Source of the DNA: Dicyema japonicum | Lineage: Eukaryota > Animalia > Dicyemida | Reading direction: 5' to 3' | Assembly (NCBI GenBank): GCA_011109175.1 | Contig: RDEW01000006.1 | Location: forward strand, 185,989-249,988 | DNA: 64,000 nucleotides | Part shown: positions 1 through 13,128 of the stretch, in pieces | Position numbering within the stretch: the first letter of the stretch is position 1 | Layout of the letters: each line of letters begins with the position of its first letter | Notes under the pieces: generated by a model | The model's input: only the letters and a program-made list of their open reading frames with translations | The model's database searches: none | Told to the model about the DNA's origin: nothing | Program-made: the position numbers and the translations under genes

Positions 1-661
1 GCGTTTATACTCAAATAATCATGAGCTTTATTAGTTTGACATGCCTGCTCTACATAATGGGAGTTTTATGAGGAATCTTAAAAAAATTCACAAATTCTTT
101 AAGGAATTGAGGAGAACAGTCATGAAACTTGATTTTCCTATCGGCTGTTCGTAAAAAGAAACTGGAATGTGAACGTTGGAGTCCAAAAAGGAGATACGAC
201 TTTTATCGGTCGGAAAGGGAATCAGAAACTTCCCTTGATCAATACTGGCCAACTTCTGTCAGGTATTTAGTCTTTTTCTATGCTCCACTGGTCCTTCGAA
301 CCTTGATGTTACTTTTTTGAGATAGAGGTTCGAATAAGATTAATTGGTATCATTTTGACTAACCACCTCCGTTTTAAAGTATAAACTGTTGGTTTTGAAA
401 AAATTAGTCACCAATACAGCTCTATTATCAAAAGAAGGTAGACTTTTGGATGGAATTAACGGATATAAAATCTTAGGTATAGTGGAGGGCCCTAATGATC
501 AGATTCAAAACTCAGAAATGTTGAAAATAATCTCTACACAAGTCAACAGAAGAATTGAGAGTTTAGTGACCACAAAGGCAATAAATGAATATGCACTTTA
601 TTACTTTGTCGGACAAATAACCATTGATTCAGTAATTCACTTCAAACTATCCAAATATTGA
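1..661 (+). CDS. Probable 3' part of an unidentified spliced gene
   Basis: Open frames HNGSFMRNLKK...GQLLS (to about 261) and YKLLVLKK...KLSKY* (to 661), separated by GT..AG segments, one with a CTAAC branch-like motif. No family recognised. Confidence 0.3.
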
Positions 662-1379
662 ATAAATCTTAAAACAGCAAATAAACCAAGATTATATTTT
701 CCTTAAGCATAAATACTCAGTGTTTCATATTTTTGAATTGTATATTGAGACGACAAGTACCACTTGAACTATTCCAATACAAAAGTTAGGGATAAGTGAA
801 TGTTGTAGTCTTCTCATTGGCTCTTAAAAGGAAATAATTCTCTTCAGAACATTAATATTGTCTAATTCAGGACAGAAATTTGTTCTCTGCAGAACGTCTG
901 TGGATTCTGAAAAAATTGGAAGAGGACTGTACCAATAGATGTGAAGAAATTTTCAAAATATAAAGCCAAGCTGTAAGAAAAAGGATATATGCTTGTATTA
1001 AATACAAGACCATTGAAAGTATGAGGCAGGACACACGTAAGAGTAAAAAATTTGAGGGAACCATGTTCTTAATTTTTGTTTTCTTTTAGTTAGTGTGAGC
1101 ACTTTGCAGACGATCCGGTTCCGATTTGAAGCATTCATTGATGATGTCGTAACTTGTCATATCCAAAACATCGTAGATACGTGGAACTTTAAGTCGAACG
1201 TACAGCAGTAGATTCTAACCCAGAGCCATCAGGACGCTCCTCTTGAGTTTGCGATTTTTCGGAGGTCGTCTAAGTCATCAAGATTTCCCAGTCGCATTTT
1301 TAGGTCGTTATTTAAGGTTTTCGGTTTACTAACACAATTACTGTTCATATATCAACAAAGCTTTTGACCAACATCGTCA

Positions 1380-1620
1380 CGTTCTGAGAAGGAAATACTT
1401 GCTACAGATATCCCCTTTGAAAATATGACTACTAACATTCCTCTGGTAACCTTGGGCGTTCCTTTATTATGTCAACCCACTCTCATTATCCATGCTTTCC
1501 TAGTGGCTTTCCTCAAGGTTCGGTCCTACCTCCAGCCTTGTTTAATCCTCATCTATCAAGCTTACCAGCAAACCAGGACACACATCTTATATCGATGATA
1601 TCATAATTGCCTCTCAAAAT
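1380..1620 (+). mobile_element. Decayed LINE reverse-transcriptase fragment
   Basis: GFPQGSVLPPALFN followed by a YxDDIIIAS-like motif, with frameshifts. Confidence 0.6.
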
Positions 1621-1849
1621 AGTCACGTGTATAATTTTGACACATACATCGATGTTATGTATAAAAATATCATTAAAACTATTTTATAAAAATGAAATTT
1701 CGGTCTCTTCTAACTTGAGTACCTACCATCGTAGTCCATAACCTCGAATGTATTAGTTACAATCATCCGATATTCTACACCATCATAAAGCAATAATCCA
1801 GCCTTCAACTGAAGAGGAACACCAAAAATATGTAATAACAAAAATCATA

Positions 1850-4800
1850 TTAATAATAATCACCTTCCATAAACAGTCTAATGGACTCCTTTGAACCACA
1901 ATTCAAATCCCCAACCCCAACAAACCCCTACCAATGCAAGTAATAAATACCTCACAATACCAACTCTCCTACTACACTTATTCATTTGATCGCTGACAGC
2001 ACGTGACTGTCCAACAATCTACCACTCACCAAACAACCAACTTTTTCAGAAATTCCAGCCAATCGGGCAACATTGAACCCATAACTCTGCGAACATCCAC
2101 TAACAAACTTATACAGAAACGTGACCATCTCCTTATCGTCAATATGACACGCCTAAATATCACACCAACCACAACCATATAACCTCGGGGAAACAATGGA
2201 AAGTCTCTGAGCAGACAATGGTAGTGTGTGGCGAATAAGCAACGACATCCAATCCGTCCCAAATGGGAGACTACTGCATTGGCAATCCCTGTCCCGTCAT
2301 AAGTGGCAGTCCCCCGCCCCTCACTAAACAACAAAGCTAACCCAGCTCATCCAGCAACACCAAGGAATCGACAGAGGCATAGTTCAGAACAGCAGACGTC
2401 TCCACAAGCTCCACGAAGAATGTGCTTTGCCCTAGAATTAACATTTAGAAAACCCTCTGTGATTTTATCCGAGGCGCCCAATCTGGTAAATATTCTGTCC
2501 ACACAACTCATCCTACACTCCTCAGCGGGCACATAGGACCCCTACAATAATGACAATACCAACCACGTGGCTCATTAGGACGAGAAGTCCAGTCATCCTC
2601 ATCAACGTAGATTTCCCACCCATATTAGCCCCAGTAATGAAGACGAGGTTAGCCGGATCTTCCCCAATATGCACATCATTGGGGATATAGTCAATAGTAG
2701 CGTTAAGAATTGGATGAATTCCACCACGAATATGCATATATGGAAGGTTAGACTACAATAACCAAAATTAGTCTACATTCTCCACCACAGGGCGACACAT
2801 ATTGGGGGACAACAGGCTATAATGGGCGAGGGAGCAGAAAACATCTAACAAGGCCACTGATTCGGTCAATTTTATCCATTTATCATAGCTGAAGTAATAA
2901 CGAATATTACTGGCTATCAAATAATTCCAAGACGGTTCTAAGCATATCCATAGCAACCACAGCCTTCTCGTCCTCTGACTTAGCCAGGTTATATATGAGT
3001 TCGTTCAGTTTCTCATTCTTGTACCTTTTATAACCCTTCACTTGTCCCATCAACTCCCAGTCCTCGTCGACATCGACCCTACAGTTAGATTAGCTCTTAC
3101 CAGTCGGGGACCTGCAGCTGATACCTGTTTTTCCCTGTCCCCACATAGGTGACGTCACTGACACCCAAGAACCGTCTTTGGGAATTCAGATAGTCGTCCA
3201 GTACTACGATACTGTCGTTTTCCGCCCTACATACAGCGTCGTAGGCCAAGTCAACCCCACTGAAAGGCAATATAGTCCCGAGATCCCCGACTTGTCCAAA
3301 TCATAGGAATTCTACCATAACGGATCCAGCAACCTTAAAATCATTAATGATATCGGTAATATCATCAACGAGAGAACTATTATCGTTTACTAAGAAGTTC
3401 AGTTGTCGGGACCTCATATTGGGGAGGGATCGCTGGAAAAGAAGACACAGGTCCCTAGCATTCTCCATTCCAGTGAGGACAATAGAAAAGTCAGCTATGC
3501 ATTTTCTGGACCGCTTGTCCCCGTCAAAGAAAATGGCCCTGCTGTCGGGATGAGTGAGAGCCCGTTTCTTACTCCCATATTGGTGGATTCTAAGTCACTC
3601 CAAATACTACCTAGAGAGCAGTCTCTCCAAGTCTGGAAGAGATGATAAGACTGGGATAGTCTGCTGGAGAAATGAAATATTGTTCCTGATGTCGTCAACA
3701 GCGTCCAATCTGTCGTTGATCACTGTAGGACAGCACGAGGGATTACATAACCACGTGTGAAGCAGTCTCTTGCCTGAAATGACTCAAAGAGACCACCAAA
3801 GGGAGTCTTACAGTGATTAAGGACACAAAACAGCGTATTATCCCTACGTGGGCAGATATTCAAATTATCATTAGTCACAGCGTCCACAATCTAGTAATAA
3901 CAGATGATACCATTCGTTTGCTGTGAGGGAAAGTCTGGTATATTACGTCTCCCCCGTTTTCTATGTCATACCAGCAGTAATTTCCCAACGACAGCAACTC
4001 ATCGTCAATCATACTCCTCTGTAGACACCAAATGAGGGCACCTAACGCCTTCAGTACAAGTTGGCTGTCCCCAGTTAGTTCACTCAAATAATTCCTCTCT
4101 CTGAGGTACAACAGGGTCCTGTCTGCATTCCAAAACTCCGACTTGAGCGGTTCCTTTAAAGGAACTGTGTCCAAAAAGGCCTTGGTAGACCGTGAAAGCA
4201 GAGATCGACTCGGTCGCTGGTAGATGACCTGGGCCACGGGAAAGTTGGCGTTAATCCGTCTCAAATTTGACAAAAGTCGATCGTCTTCGAAAAGGCTCAT
4301 CTATATCAGTGAGAACAATTACATATAATCTGCCTACGGTCGTATCAATAAAGACAACACCAATATTGAAGTCCTCCTCGCAGAATGCTAGTAAAAACTC
4401 TGAGCATTGACCAGAGTATTCTCTTCTGGTGCCCCTGCTCTCAATCTGGCATAGCTCTCTGCGTACAACTTTGTCTGGAATGACAAGAAGCGGAAACCAC
4501 AGCGTTTATTCATCATCTCAGGGGTTTCTGTCTGTTCAATTCTTCCAACCTTGTAGGACTTATCCACCAGGATGGAAGAATAGCGGGTAAAAGAAGACTC
4601 AGGGAAACCAGCATGGGCGTAGTCCCCCTAAATATGATTTTTATACTACCCTCATATAGCTGATCCCAAGTTCCCTCACACAAATGTCGGCATCCATATG
4701 AAATGTCTCGTAGAACTTGCCCATCTTGAATAGAAGAATGACGTCGTAATGTGAAGACTTAATGGTCCACCACTGCCTCATGGCTGGTGTCTGCTTACTG

Positions 4801-5286
4801 AGGAATTGCTTGGGAACATACAGTGTCTTCTCGTCAAATTCGTCATCGCTTGGGGATCGTCCCTCAGCATCCTTTATGTTCCCAGGTTGGAGAAATGAGT
4901 AGTTTAAATGAGCGAACGTCTCATCCTGGTTAGAATTTTCACATTTACGTGCTATTTTCGGCATGTTTTTAAGTTTGGAGGATCCAGATGACTCTCGTTC
5001 CTCATTGGGGTAACTTTTAGTCCGTTTTTCAGATTTTATTGAAGAATTGTTGGAATTAATTTTTGTTTTGTCGAGTTTACTGATTTTCGAGCGTCAGAAT
5101 CATGTAAATTGATTTGGTAGAGTTATTTTGATCATCAAAATCATTAGTTTGGGGTTCGTAAAATTTGTTTATTTGGGAATCGTCTTCTTTATGTAAGATT
5201 GATTTTGCAGGGTTGCTTTTGTTGTTTGATTCATTTGAAAATCTATGACTTTTCTTAAAAAAATTGAGCAATGTCTTTTGAGACAT
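1850..5286 (-). CDS. MSH6: DNA mismatch repair protein MSH6 (MutS-alpha), about 15-16 introns of 20-26 nt
   Basis: N-terminal PIP box QKTLLNFF; MutS-I GKFYE (Phe-X-Glu); [12 protein letters not shown]; [10 protein letters not shown]; Walker [11 protein letters not shown]; FTRLGASD; DELGRGT; FATHYH; [11 protein letters not shown]. Exons join in frame after removing GT-AG micro-introns (e.g. 3891-3910, 3590-3610). Single-base indels are needed near 3275 and 2311-2320. The last exon is uncertain (stop at 1903 or 1850). Confidence 0.95.
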
Positions 5287-6029
5287 GAGCAACGAGCTAC
5301 TAAATATTTTGGCGCCTAAATCAAATTATTTAAAAAAAATAATTTTTTGCAATAAATAACTTTATTATCGAAAAATATTAATCTAATTAATATGCCTTTT
5401 CCTGACCAAATCTTCTGGTGAAGATAAAATTATGAAAACTATTCCGCTGAAAAATGAAGTGATGTCCGCGACGACAAAACGTATGATGCAAATGGAAGAG
5501 GGAGGGGGACCTACTTCTCCACTTTTCTTTGAAGTACTATTGGATGAATGTACTGTTGGAAGATGGATTTGGTTGGCACAAGCAGATGTTACGTTTCTGG
5601 GAGCGTCCTGTCTATCGGCTCTTTTTTTTATGGTTGTCAGTTGCCTACATGTTAGCGAAACAGGGGTTAATAATTTAATTTAAATAAGGGTAGCCACTAA
5701 ACAGCATCAAAATAATCCCCTCTTTGGGGGATTATTATATTATTTTGCAAAACGCAACTAAAAAAATCTATCTTCTCGTCGCTTATGCAACACCGTGAAC
5801 AATCTTCCATGTTAGATTCCTACACACTCTCCTTGAGAAGGTGATTTTTTGAGGACATCCAGGTCATTTGCATTTCCGCCTCCTTTTTTGGGGGATTGAA
5901 TGTCTTTATGTCAGTCTTAGTGTTATGCAAGCTCACAAAGGCCGAAGAAAGTAGATTTTCTACGTCAGTCCATTTAATAGTCTCATTTTGTATTCTGACC
6001 AATTCCTTGTATTCATGCTCTCTATTTGA

Positions 6030-6620
6030 ATAGCATCACTATAAATAAGTTAGATGTATCCTTGCTACATAAATAGGTTGGGGTTAACTCCGATCACGTC
6101 CGGAATGAATCTATTCCTCGGTCGGCCAGGTCTTCTCTTCCCAGTAATATTGCTCAGCATAATGGTTCTTTCCAGTGAATCAGAGCGGACAACATGCCCA
6201 AAGAACGCCATCTATGTTTTACGATTCTTTCTTCTAGCGAAATATCAGTTTTTACCCGTTTGAGTACATCGATGTATGTTATTTTGGAAGTCCAAGGGAT
6301 TCTTAGTGACCTCCTCCAGCACCACAGTTCAAAAGCATCAATTTTTCGTCTATCCGCCTTTTTTAATATCCATGATTCAGCGCCGTATAGAAAAAACCGG
6401 GATTACGATTGCATTAACTAGTTTGCATTTGTCCTTAAAGAAATATCTTTGTTTTTCCAAATTCTATTCATTCTCTGGAAGGTGTCTCGTCCCATGGCAA
6501 TTCGCCTCTTGATTTCTAGGCCTCCGTCACCATTCCGATTAATTAGCAATCCCAAAAAGACAACATTATCGCAACTCTCTATTTTCTCATTTCCAATTTT
6601 TAGTTCCATTATTCAATTAT
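6030..6620 (-). mobile_element. RTE-clade non-LTR retrotransposon, 3' remnant
   Basis: FLGLLINRNGDGGLEIKRRIAMGR...FLYGAESW...FELWCWRR...FFGHVVR...GRPR, the typical post-RT region of RTE elements. Confidence 0.85.
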
Positions 6621-6759
6621 TAAGCAGTAGTCATAATTTTGGTCTTCTTGATATTTAGCAAATAAGCCAAAGACGGCGCTCTATTCTCTGAATCTTAGAA
6701 TCAACTTCCTGAGTTGTCTGAATAACTACACACCAAACTTACATCCCATTTTTCATAAA

Positions 6760-6870
6760 AATATTTTTGGAGACTTTAACGCACACTATCCTGTTTGTTA
6801 GCTTCATACAAACAGGAGGAAATTCCGCAATTCTTTTTGTGCGACTACTTGGAGGAACAGTAAAAGTGAT
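6760..6870 (+). mobile_element. LINE APE endonuclease remnant
   Basis: GDFNAH motif in a decayed frame. Confidence 0.4.
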
Positions 6871-7639
6871 AGTGGATCCTGTGAGGAATTTTTAGAAATT
6901 CTTTAAAGTTTGTTCGGATTTAACACCATTTCGATAAAATTAATGAGATCTACCTGTCCGTTTTCACTTCGTTCACCCCCCGTCTTCACAAAAAAGAGTC
7001 ACCAGCTCAAAATGCCGCCAACCACCGTTCTTGACTATTTGTCCTGACACACAGAATGTACTCAATTAATAAATTCTATATTTTTGTGATAAAGCAATTT
7101 GGATAAATTCCATTTAAGAGACTAAAATATATCAGCGTTCAGAATTGTAAGATTTCTCTAATTTTATGTTTCGATAATTACAGAAAACAATCTACCATAT
7201 CGCAACAATTAAGCAAAATAAAGTGCCTCTCGTTTAATGTAACGACGAATTCTCCTTATTAGAAAGATTTAGGAGAATCAGATCCGGAGGGATACCTTAA
7301 TAGACGTGTCCGTGCTGACTAATGACATTTGCATATAATTTGAAATTATTGAGTAATTTGAACAGTATACATCCACTCTCATAATAACATGATAGAGCGT
7401 GCCTCCAGGGAAACAGTTTCCTCGGAGGTAAATGTTTAATGGTTCTCTTTGGAGGGGCATTAGGTGCCCTCTGGGCGTCACTAATACTTACAGAATCAGT
7501 GAACCACATAACGCCACGCTAAAATAGTAGTTGATAAATTAAATTATCATGAGAAACTGGTTAATAAATAAAAAAAATAAAAATGAGAAACTGAGAAATT
7601 AAATTATTATTATTAAAAAGCACTCCCGAAAAAACATAA

Positions 7640-7890
7640 ATTAGTTAAGTTTCCCTTGTGCCGTATTACAAATCATCCTATCCGTCAACCTCGACCATAA
7701 TTTTCTTTTGCGCGCTAGTTCTCTTAGGTAGTCCAGGTCGTCCGCCGAAGTTAGTCTCATACCAACCGCCGATAGGTCTTCGTTCTTGGTCTTCCGCGGA
7801 ATCCGGCTCCTGTGTGTGCGAAGTAGTTGTCAATTGCGATATTTGCGGGGACCTGGTCATTTAGACGTAACACGTGGCTATTTGACTGAA
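7640..7890 (-). mobile_element. RTE 3' end remnant
   Basis: HVLRL..PANIAIDNYF..FRGRPRT..LTSADDLDYLRELARKRKLW; homologous to 28530-28700 and to the C-terminus of 30001-33020. Confidence 0.7.
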
Positions 7891-8277
7891 TTCTAAAAAT
7901 TAAATTTATTGAACCAGAAAAAAACTCAATCAGGCTAATATATAAAATCAAACAATTTTAGTCGTCATAGACGAACCAAACTCACTAAATCTTAACAGAT
8001 TAAGTTTCCTCTCCCCTCAGAATAATCATATCTTATCTTCAAGATTATTTGGTCTTCCTAATTACACTTGGATCTCATAGGCTAAAACAAAAAACGATAA
8101 TTTCGTTCAATAAATGACTATGAGCTTCTGGAACATCAAATTATCATTCTACTTAGAGATGTTGTGGCGAAACAAATACCCCCTTACATAACCCAACAAG
8201 GACTGGAGTCATAAAAATAAATCAAACCCACATCAACAAATAAAAATCGTATTAATGAGAATAAAACAAATCCAAAA

Positions 8278-8936
8278 CTAGTTAGTAATCCTGGCATCAG
8301 CTTCCATCTGGACCTCGATCTCTTTTTCCTTTCCAAAATTCAGTTTCTTTCCCTGGAGTCTCAGTCTCTTTTCTTTCACAGCCTGTCTCTTAGCGACAGC
8401 CAGATCACTGGAATTATTCATAAATATAACCTCAGCTCCTTCAATCTCTTCTGCTCAGACTGATTCTTGTGGATGAACTCCATGAGGGTCCGCTTACTCT
8501 TAAACGTGTTTCCTTTACACTTCAGGTAGATTTTGTGATATCTAGGCTATATAAAAAGACCCACGTGTGTCTGTCGATCTTTCCATTTTCTCTATAGCCC
8601 TTTAGGAGTCTCCTTTGGATCCTCAGTCTGTTTATCCAGAGTCGTTTCTTAGGCATTCTTGCGTTGGCAGTTCCTCGCCTTTTACCAATTCCGCGATGTC
8701 GCCCTTTCCTTCTGGCTTCCAGTTTTTCACGAATTCTAGCACGTGACTGAACTTTAACTGGTTTGCGGAAAATCAGTCCATTTGTGATCATTCGCCTTAC
8801 ACTTTGTCCTGAAATGAAACCAAAAGTAACTAGAATTTGCTGTAGAAATATGCTGACATTCATTGCTGTCAAGCCAAACTCGTCTCTTTCCACATTTCAA
8901 AATATCCGAAGCCAGTCTTCTTTGTAGTCTCAACAT
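8278..8936 (-). CDS. RPL19: 60S ribosomal protein L19 (eL19), 196 aa, 4 coding exons
   Basis: [23 protein letters not shown]...[12 protein letters not shown]...[17 protein letters not shown]. Introns 8809-8830 (22 nt), 8542-8564 (23 nt) and 8408-8430 (23 nt) give a 591-nt uninterrupted frame ending in TAG. Confidence 0.98.
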
Positions 8937-8968
8937 TTCTTCGACTTACAAAAACACAAAGTATTCAC

Positions 8969-9075
8969 GTGGCAATTTAAATTTTAAATATTTTTATATT
9001 AATTTTTATTAATATAATTAATTTTTTGGTAAAATTTAAAATTCTTATTTAAGCATAATTTAATTTTAGAACTGA
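8969..9075. promoter_or_regulatory. Very AT-rich segment upstream of RPL19, probable core promoter
   Basis: Similar AT-rich blocks precede MSH6, vigilin, URM1 and the 24397 gene. Position and composition only. Confidence 0.3.
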
Positions 9076-9618
9076 ATGGCGAGCCAGTTCAACTACGAGC
9101 ATCCAGTTATACGCTTATCTGTGATCGAGGGAGGGGCATCAGGCCAAGATGGTTTCTCTACTGAAGCATGTGGGATAACGTACTGAGTTAATTCGGTGTT
9201 AACTTGATCTGGAATTTTAATTATTAATTTTTAAGTTTATGATACCAAATCTATTTTTAAAATCAATTTTTATATTTTAGTCAAATTATCAGTCAGAAGT
9301 AAAAATAGTTTTCGTCGAAAAGAGTGAAGAGAATTAAATGTCTCATTCTCTATAGTTATCCGAGTTCACATCTCCACTTTAATGAAACAAGAAAAGTGAC
9401 AGACTGTTGACATCTCCACTTTTTGATAATTGGGGAGGGATGTTCATCTTAACTGATAAAACCTTAACCGCCAGGCTACGCGGCTGAATTTTAAAATATT
9501 TTTGATTATCTTTGATCAATTAAAAAATAAATTAAATAAAATTGTTTTTAAAATAAATATATTTAAACAAATCGTTATTAATTAAAACATTTTGCGCATA
9601 CACGACATCTGTTCCGTT

Positions 9619-12600
9619 ATGGTACAATTACTAGCTAATTATACAGAATATTACAAACAAATATGAAGAGGATAAAAAACGGCGACGGGATGTCGTCAAA
9701 GAGGTTTTTTATGTTGGTGACTGTTAAGATTTTGAGATTGCCGTCTTCTAAACGGTCTTCAAAGAACGGAAAGACAAAGTCTTCACTTACTGAGGGTGAG
9801 GAATGCAAAGAGGTTGAGAGGACGTGCGGGGTTCAGCTCGACATGACCACCAGCAGCGACGGGACCATGACGATTGTGATAAAGGGAGAAGTGAGAAGGT
9901 CAAAGAGGCTAGAAGGGAACTAGTTATGAGACTGGGGAACTTGGAGAAGACAGAAGTCGAGGTCCCCCGTAATTTTGCCGGTTATGTTATCGGGGTTGGT
10001 GGAAAACAAATCAAAAAGATCGAGGAGGCGACCAATTGTAAGATCGGTGTGAAAAATGACCAATCCGGAATCACTCTATTTACTATAAGAGGGAACCCTT
10101 AAATATGAAAGAGGCAAGGAATTCCATTCACGACATTGTATCCGAACACGTGGCTTTTATTTTATCTATTTCTAGAGAGACCGAGTTACTAAGTACGTGG
10201 ACGTCCCCGAATTGCTAACAAACCTCGTGTGTGGGCCAAATAACGAGAAAATAGATGCATGGAGGACAGACTATGGTCTCCATATCAAAGCAGAGAGGAA
10301 AGGATTAAGTCTAACCGGTAGAAGTGACCGAGTTGGGACTGTTTGTGGGGAAATTTTGGAAATCTGCCGACAATGGGTGACTAACCGGCTTATTTCAGAT
10401 GGAGGGGAGTCATTCCATGCAGTTGAAAGTGGAGAGGCGCAGGTTTCACCAGCTCTGTTCTGAAAGACAGTCAGTTAACACAGTACTGGCTGAGATTTTG
10501 GAAAAAACTAATGTGGTGGTGAACTTTGGCGACGGTTTTTTCACATTTATGGGAAAAGTGGAGAATATGGGACAGGCATTGACTCTTTTACTAACAAAAA
10601 TAAACGCCCACGTGTTCGAGGACGTTGAGATACCCAACTGGATGTATAAACACCTCAGAAATAACCTATCAATTCGGCACTCGTTTCAAAACGGGATTCT
10701 TACAGTGGATGGTCCACCAGAAATGGTCGAAGATGCTCTGGAGGAGCTCCAAGAAGGCATAGCAGAGATTGTATGAATAATATTGTCACTCTAGAGCAAA
10801 AGACTTGTCCACGTGACATTAGGGATCAGTCATAAGCACCATTCTCGAGTGATTGGGAGGAAGGGAGCTAATGGTTGGGTGCTAACTTATTTCAGTTAAC
10901 GAAATTTGCAACCGTTTTGACATTAAGGTGAATTTTCCAGGAACTACCATCGACGAGGTGTACTTGGAGGGTAGTCCGGATGGAGTGGAGTCGGCCAAGA
11001 AGCACATTCTCAAATTGGTGGACGACATAGTAGGAAAGATTATATACTCTAGGAAAATGAGACTTCGGTGGTAATTGGAGTGCCTAGTTATCTGCACGTG
11101 TACATTCGCGAAGATACCGCCACAAGTGACATTTTGAAATCTATGAATGTCCATATTTCTTATGGCGACTCTGACTCTGTCGTATTACATGGGAATTCGG
11201 CATCTGTAAGCAAATGTTCAGGGGTTATTTCACAACTGGCCAATCAACTTGTATTTTTCTCCCCTATTTTCTAGTCATTTGTCTATAAAAGAGAGGTCTT
11301 CGACTGTAGTCCTGGACTTATCGCTGAATTAAAGGCAAATAATAACACGAATATATCCCAGGTATTGTGATATGTGTTAGATGCAGATTTGTGACTCAAA
11401 TCAAGTCAATATTAAACTTGAGGACTCCCAGGTTGTCATCACAGGAAAACGAGATGGTGTAAAACTGGCAATAATGGAGTTAGAAAAATTCAGGGATTAC
11501 AGCGTTGGTTTCTCCATTATTTCAGGATTCTACGGAAGAACTGAGGATTGAACCTCCAGTGTGGGACGCTTTGGTGATTAATGGTGTCATGGACGAGATC
11601 TGCCAGCGACTGGGCGTCAATATTTGGTTCTCTGGGGAAATCTGTTCCATTCGCGGACTTTCAGGGGTCAGGCAGTGCAAGGATGAGTTGGCCGCCTTGG
11701 TAAAAAAGTCTGAGTACACGCTCGTTCGCTTAAGGTCCCCACTTTTGAGATCCACCTACTATAAGGAGAAAATTGATAAGGTCATGTTTTGGCTTAATTT
11801 AGTTGGAGAAAGACTTGGGAGTATATATCTGTCTCACAGACATGGCCGTTGTGGGGAAGAATGCACGGACAGCCTCCGAGAAACTCGAAAGGATGGTTCC
11901 CCAAATGGTGTTGTCTCATTTAACTAAAAGACTACCTCTACGACGATTGATTTAAGGGAAAAGGTATGCAATCACGTGTTCAACCTCCGTCCTGTCGTAA
12001 AAGATCGGATTGAGTCTCAAAGTGGAGTCCTCCTCTTAAGGAACTCGAAAACTGAGGTGGAGGTGATTTCTGCTCGGGAAGAAGACTTGAAGAAAGCACG
12101 TGATCTTTTGGCTGGTGTAGATGAGAACCTGGTATGATTATGTGGTTTATGGAAGAATACACGCAGTGAACTCACGTTGTCGCTGGAGAAGCACCAGATT
12201 GGAGGGTTTATTGGAACTGGGGGGTCACATGTGCGGAATATTGAAGAAAAATTCGCGGTGCAGATTGAATTGGTTGATAAGAATGAAAATCCCCGACTTT
12301 TAATTCGTGGAAGTGCAGAGGATTGTGCGGACTGTATGAGTGAGATACAGGTTGGGTGAAGTTGTAAGGGTTAGAACAGTCTTTTTGTGGTGGAGACATT
12401 ACATGTGGATTCGTCCCTTCATTCCCGTTTGATTGGATCTGGGGGTTCCCGTGTGGCAGAATTAAGGGAGAACTACGGTGTTTCCATCAAATTTGACGCC
12501 GACTCCGTGATTGTAACGGGTTCTCGAGCAAACGTGGATTCTGCGGTTGAGGAGCTCAAAGATCGTGTAAATAAACTACAAAAGGAGATAGAATTTCGGG

Positions 12601-13128
12601 AAACTAACAGATTTATAAAGAAACTCTCAGTGAAGACATCCCACGTGGGTAGAATTATCGGCAAAAAAGGAGCCAACATCTCCCATATCCGGAATAAGTT
12701 CAATGTTGCAATATCTCTGGAGGATGGAAACGAAAACTTATCTGATATGACGATAGTGGGGTCCGAAGACAATGTGAAGAAGGCGGTGAATCACTTATCG
12801 AAGATGGAAGAGGCAATGGTTTGGGTCTTTTGATATTGAAGGACGCGGAAGTCTCCATGACGATAACGGTACCCCCTTCAGTGCGTCCTATTTTGATTGG
12901 GAAGAAGGGGCGCCGAATGAAGGAGATAATGAGCAAATACAACGTGACTATATCGTTTTCTAACACTGTGGATTCGTTAGTGGAGATTATTGGGTGCTGA
13001 AAATGCCAATCAGTGTGCTGAACACATAGAGGCTATTGTTGATGAGAATGTACTAGTAAACCCATATTTAGACTAATTCATATTGTTCTTTCCCCCCAAA
13101 GTCGTCGTCATTAGCTGATTATTTTTGA
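9619..13128 (+). CDS. HDLBP: Vigilin (HDLBP) multi-KH-domain RNA-binding protein, about 1030 aa, about 16 micro-introns
   Basis: Tandem KH repeats (VIGVGGKQI, VIGRKGANV, FIGTGGSHV, LIGSGGSRV, IIGKKGANI, LIGKKGRRM). N-terminal region resembles vigilin (TIVIKGEVEKVKEARRELVMRL). ATG-only first exon, then intron 9622-9646. Three single-base indels needed (about 9893, 10100, 12993). Confidence 0.9.

Noticed and set aside
780-1070. Coding-like stretch possibly from an R4-like element
   Set aside because: No diagnostic motif.
5432-5683. 83-aa ORF head-to-head with MSH6, with a hydrophobic end (faint MIC10-like look)
   Set aside because: Resemblance too weak and no convincing splice model.
5709-5740. 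Small hairpin ataatcccc..ggggattat
   Set aside because: Single short stem with no context; expected by chance.
9076-9186. Short ORF MASQFNYEHP.. divergent from RPL19
   Set aside because: 36 codons, no recognised family, no consistent downstream exons; not part of vigilin.
9880-13000. Euplotes-style programmed frameshifting or stop-codon reassignment as a general system
   Set aside because: At about 9893, homology places the shift about ten codons before the stop; the MSH6 shifts are not at stops; genuine genes end in TAA, TAG and TGA. Kept only as a low-priority check.
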